From NCBI GenBank assembly GCA_905178155.1, contig CAJINV010000024.1, positions 75,519 to 139,518 on the forward strand: DNA of 64,000 nucleotides, written 5' to 3'. The DNA comes from Amoebophrya sp. A120. Its lineage: Eukaryota > Protista > Dinoflagellata. Shown one piece after another: positions 61,085 through 64,000 of this stretch; the first letter of the stretch is position 1, and every line of letters begins with the position of its first letter. Position numbers and translations under genes: made by a program. The notes under the pieces were generated by a model, which saw only the letters and a list, made by a program, of their open reading frames with translations, searched no databases and was not told where the DNA came from.

Positions 61085-61409
61085 TATCAAAAGGAAAAAT
61101 CCTCCCTCCCAATACCGACATGGAAATCTTTGATGCGGGATTTGTGTACACGAATCGGCTTTGTCTTGCAGTAGACAAGTGCAGGCTGATATCAAGCCAG
61201 AGCGGGGGCGTTTTGGTGTAGGCGCCTAGCAAGGCAGGCATATCCTCCGTAGGCCATGTAGCATCACAAATTGCCTGCAGGACGACGCGCCAAGGTTTGT
61301 GGATTTGCCTTCTTGCAATACAGCGACGATTTGTGGTCTCAAATCAGCATCACAAATTTTCAGAAGTATCCCGGTCTGGTATGGGGAGGGAGGATTTTTC
61401 CTCACAATA
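61085..61409. mobile_element. Introner B16 (family 4), B-specific
   Basis: TSD GCAGT; empty site in A at ~15190. Confidence 0.92.
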
Positions 61410-61480
61410 GCAGTAGCATCAGCTTCACGCAAATCTCGTGCCGGTCAAAGATGGCCGCGCCGCATCTGGAAGGGAGGAAT

Positions 61481-61625
61481 GTATCTATGAATGTCCTCGA
61501 GAAATGAATTTTGAAGTTGTTATGCCGGTACCTTTTTGCGGTCTTGCATGACAAAGCGCGCTCGTCATGAAAGTTGTGCATGACAAAACGAAATTGATAT
61601 ATTGTAAAGCAAAATATAGTAGTAA
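61481..61625. other. Intron B17, decayed, ortholog of A24 (approximate)
   Basis: Same position as A24 and alignable to it; GCATGACAAA motifs. Confidence 0.6.
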
Positions 61626-61705
61626 GTACTTGGGTTCCCGGGGGATGCACTTGAACATGTTCGGAAAAATGTCGTCTCTCAACTCCTTAAACAGCTGCCG
61701 GATCG

Positions 61706-61997
61706 TATCCTGAGCAAAAAAAAAAGTCCCCACCCCAGAGTCAAGTGGGTAAATCTGCAACACAAATCTCCAAGTTTTGGGACTTAATTATGCATGACAA
61801 GTTTCCATCCGTACAGTAGTCCTGTTTAGCAAGGACAGCAGCATCACAAAGACAGTTCTGCTCATCCTGTTTACAGCATCACAAATACCAGAACACGACT
61901 ACAAATTCCTCTCTCGCGGATCATGTGCATTACAGATTTTTCTGTAGATGCAAATGTGCATGACAACTATGGGGTGGGGACGTTTTTCTATAGGATA
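61706..61997. mobile_element. Introner B18 (family 5), ortholog of A25
   Basis: TSD GATCG. Confidence 0.92.
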
Positions 61998-63231
61998 GAT
62001 CGTTTTCCGCAGGGGGCAAAAGAGTTGGAAGTCCTGTGTGAATTCGGCCCCGATGTACTCTCCGGTCGCGAGCAGCTGCAAGTTGGTGTGCGTGTGCATG
62101 TTATCGAGGTTTTCGTCTTTTAAAGCGATGCTCGGCAGTTTCGGCGGCTCGCAGTACGGCGAATCGCGTTTTCCGCATTGCCGGTAGTACGCCGGGAGAA
62201 TGTAGTGACCGGTAGTTGTTGGTGTACTACCGGTCGAGAGGGGTGCGCCGGACATGGTGATCACGGGGTTTCGGTTTAATATTTGCTTTCGTTTCACGCT
62301 CTTTGAAATTTCTAAGAACTACGGTGAGCCTACTTACAAAAGCCCCTTTAATAGACGCTTAGTAGGGAGTTGTAACGAGTACTACGTAAGTACTATTTAT
62401 CACAAAAGCAAAGTACTGGGTCAAGTAAAACTAACAGGTCGCTGAACAAGTTTGAATGTAAACATACTATAGCACGACCAGTTTCGATGTTTTGTTGCTG
62501 CAGATCGACGAAAGAACTTTATCAGCAGTATCTCGGACCGCCACGACCAGCCAGTAGCAGTAACTAATTTAATATTAATTTATGCAGAGGTAAAATCAAA
62601 AAGCCTATGTCGATCTTCGTTTCGTGTTTTATCAACTTCAAAAACGAGCGCCAAGTACTTGGAATTGCAGGAACCAGCGCCGGTTCTGGTACTGCGACCT
62701 CGTTCTCTGCAACTTACTCGCTCATATTGATTTTTCTTGACCAAGCTTCTAAAATTTGCGGGGCTCGAGAACCAACTGTACTGTTTTTTTACAAGCGATA
62801 AATGAAAACCCGTTGTTCAACGTGCGAGAAACGAAAATCCAAAATCCTGGACAACAGAAACTGGGACTACGAAGAAGAACGGATGCATGGTACACCATAT
62901 AATACGTCTGAAATAGTCACTGAAAAAGTGAGGTCGACGTGGCCCTTCTTCACAAAGAAACGACATCGTGCCGGAACCGGCACTCCGTGTGGTCTGCTGT
63001 GGCGAAAGACCTTATACTCGCGCATCCGATACGAAATGCTTTCCACATTTCTAGTTCAGTTCTTTTCTCTTTCAGCAAATTTCAATGCCAAACTCATCTT
63101 ACAAATTCTGAATCGTACATTCTTGTTGTAGCGGATCTGGAATTAGGACTTATTTCGCTATACTCATTTTTGGTACTCATCTTTCAAAAAGTGGCGCACA
63201 AAGCGTCAGAAACCTAAAGATTCTCTGTGTC

Positions 63232-63866
63232 TTAGTCCTCGACAATGCCCTGCGTGGTCGCTCCGTCGGGCTCCGAGAGACGTTGCTTTTGTAGTGCATC
63301 CTCTACTTTTTGCAGCAGCTCAACCTGCTGTGGCTCCCCGCGTCGCCCTAACCGGATCGGCGTGCAATATAGGTAACGGGACAGACAGACGCGAAACAAT
63401 GGATTATCGTAGCCGGAAAGCCTTAGCACAGGTCGTCCGCAATCTTGGAAGGCTTGGCCACAAGAAAATCCGCTGGCCGCGCAGCGAGCATGGCCGGCAG
63501 CTTTGGCGGTTTGTTCATCCTCTCGAGAAATTTGTGCGTCGCCAAAGCGCCGAGGCGTTTTGCGTGGCAGCTTCGCCAATCCCACTGAAACTGATTATAC
63601 GACCAATGTAGCTTCGTTCCATCAGAGCCCGCGCGCCATTTTCTCTTGAACTGACGAAAAACCCGCCGGAAATACGGATACCAGCCCTCATCGATTGGGT
63701 CCTCCAGCATGAACCGATTACGGCTTCCCCCAAAGTAGTCCCATGGGTTTAGACAATAACCTGTGTCAATGTCGTGTTGTAGATATTTTATTTTCATCTT
63801 CTTGGCCACTTCTTCTATATTATAATATGAGACCCTGACGCTCTGAGACCTAAACCAACGAATCAC
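63232..63866 (-). CDS. Secreted-family member 3, partial (3' exons only)
   Basis: GYCLNP...WYPYFRRVFRQF...SDG...WSYNQFQWDWRSCHAKRL, paralogous to 17156-17695 and 31590-32027. Confidence 0.6.
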
Positions 63867-63949
63867 GACGGCAGCGCGGTTTTCTTGTGTTTAGAATGAG
63901 GGGAAAAAAATACGCATAGCGTCGTGATTTCGCTTTGTGGATTTTTTTG

Positions 63950-64000
63950 GGGGATCCGCCCGCTCCCCGGGGATCCGCCTTCGCCCAGGGGATCCGCCCG
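63950..64000. repeat. Short tandem GGGGATCCGCC repeats, possibly the edge of another mobile element
   Basis: Three copies at ~19-bp spacing, cut by the window end. Confidence 0.5.

Larger units (their letters stand above)
47358..62255 (-). pseudogene. Copy B of the same gene: 18 introns, MED31 region deleted, premature stop (truncated gene or pseudogene)
   Basis: Exons closely similar to copy A. ATG at 62253-62255, homologous stop at 47358-47360. The junction at ~58075 joins A~9083 to A~11297 out of frame, giving QDTSLEANSFAGDFARG* (TAA 58051-58053). Confidence 0.75.

Noticed and set aside
1-64000. tRNA, rRNA or dinoflagellate spliced-leader relics
   Set aside because: None recognised by eye; tRNAscan/Infernal were not run.

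Overview
Eukaryotic (alveolate-like) DNA. The intron architecture matches what is reported for the parasitic dinoflagellate Amoebophrya (Syndiniales); this is an inference. Two paralogous minus-strand copies of one large gene (A: 16036->1116; B: 62255->47358) are interrupted by 25 and 18 non-canonical introns. These introns are MITE-like introners with TA...TA ends, terminal inverted repeats (TIRs) and a 5-bp target-site duplication (TSD), in at least 5 families. Removing each element plus one TSD copy by hand gives one frame of ~1270 aa for copy A (one junction, A24, unresolved). It appears to fuse three Mediator middle-module subunits: MED7-like, MED21-like and a clear MED31-like domain. Only 6 introns are shared between the copies, 26 are copy-specific, and one site holds different families in the two copies. 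Larger mobile elements sit inside introners, including a degenerate RLE-type non-LTR retrotransposon, up to three levels of nesting. Copy B has lost the MED31 domain by deletion. Between the copies lie an Mps1/TTK-like kinase fused through a transmembrane segment to a lineage-specific domain, stand-alone (probably secreted) members of that domain family, and ~11 kb of unassigned ORFs. All homology calls are by-eye motif recognition, not database searches.
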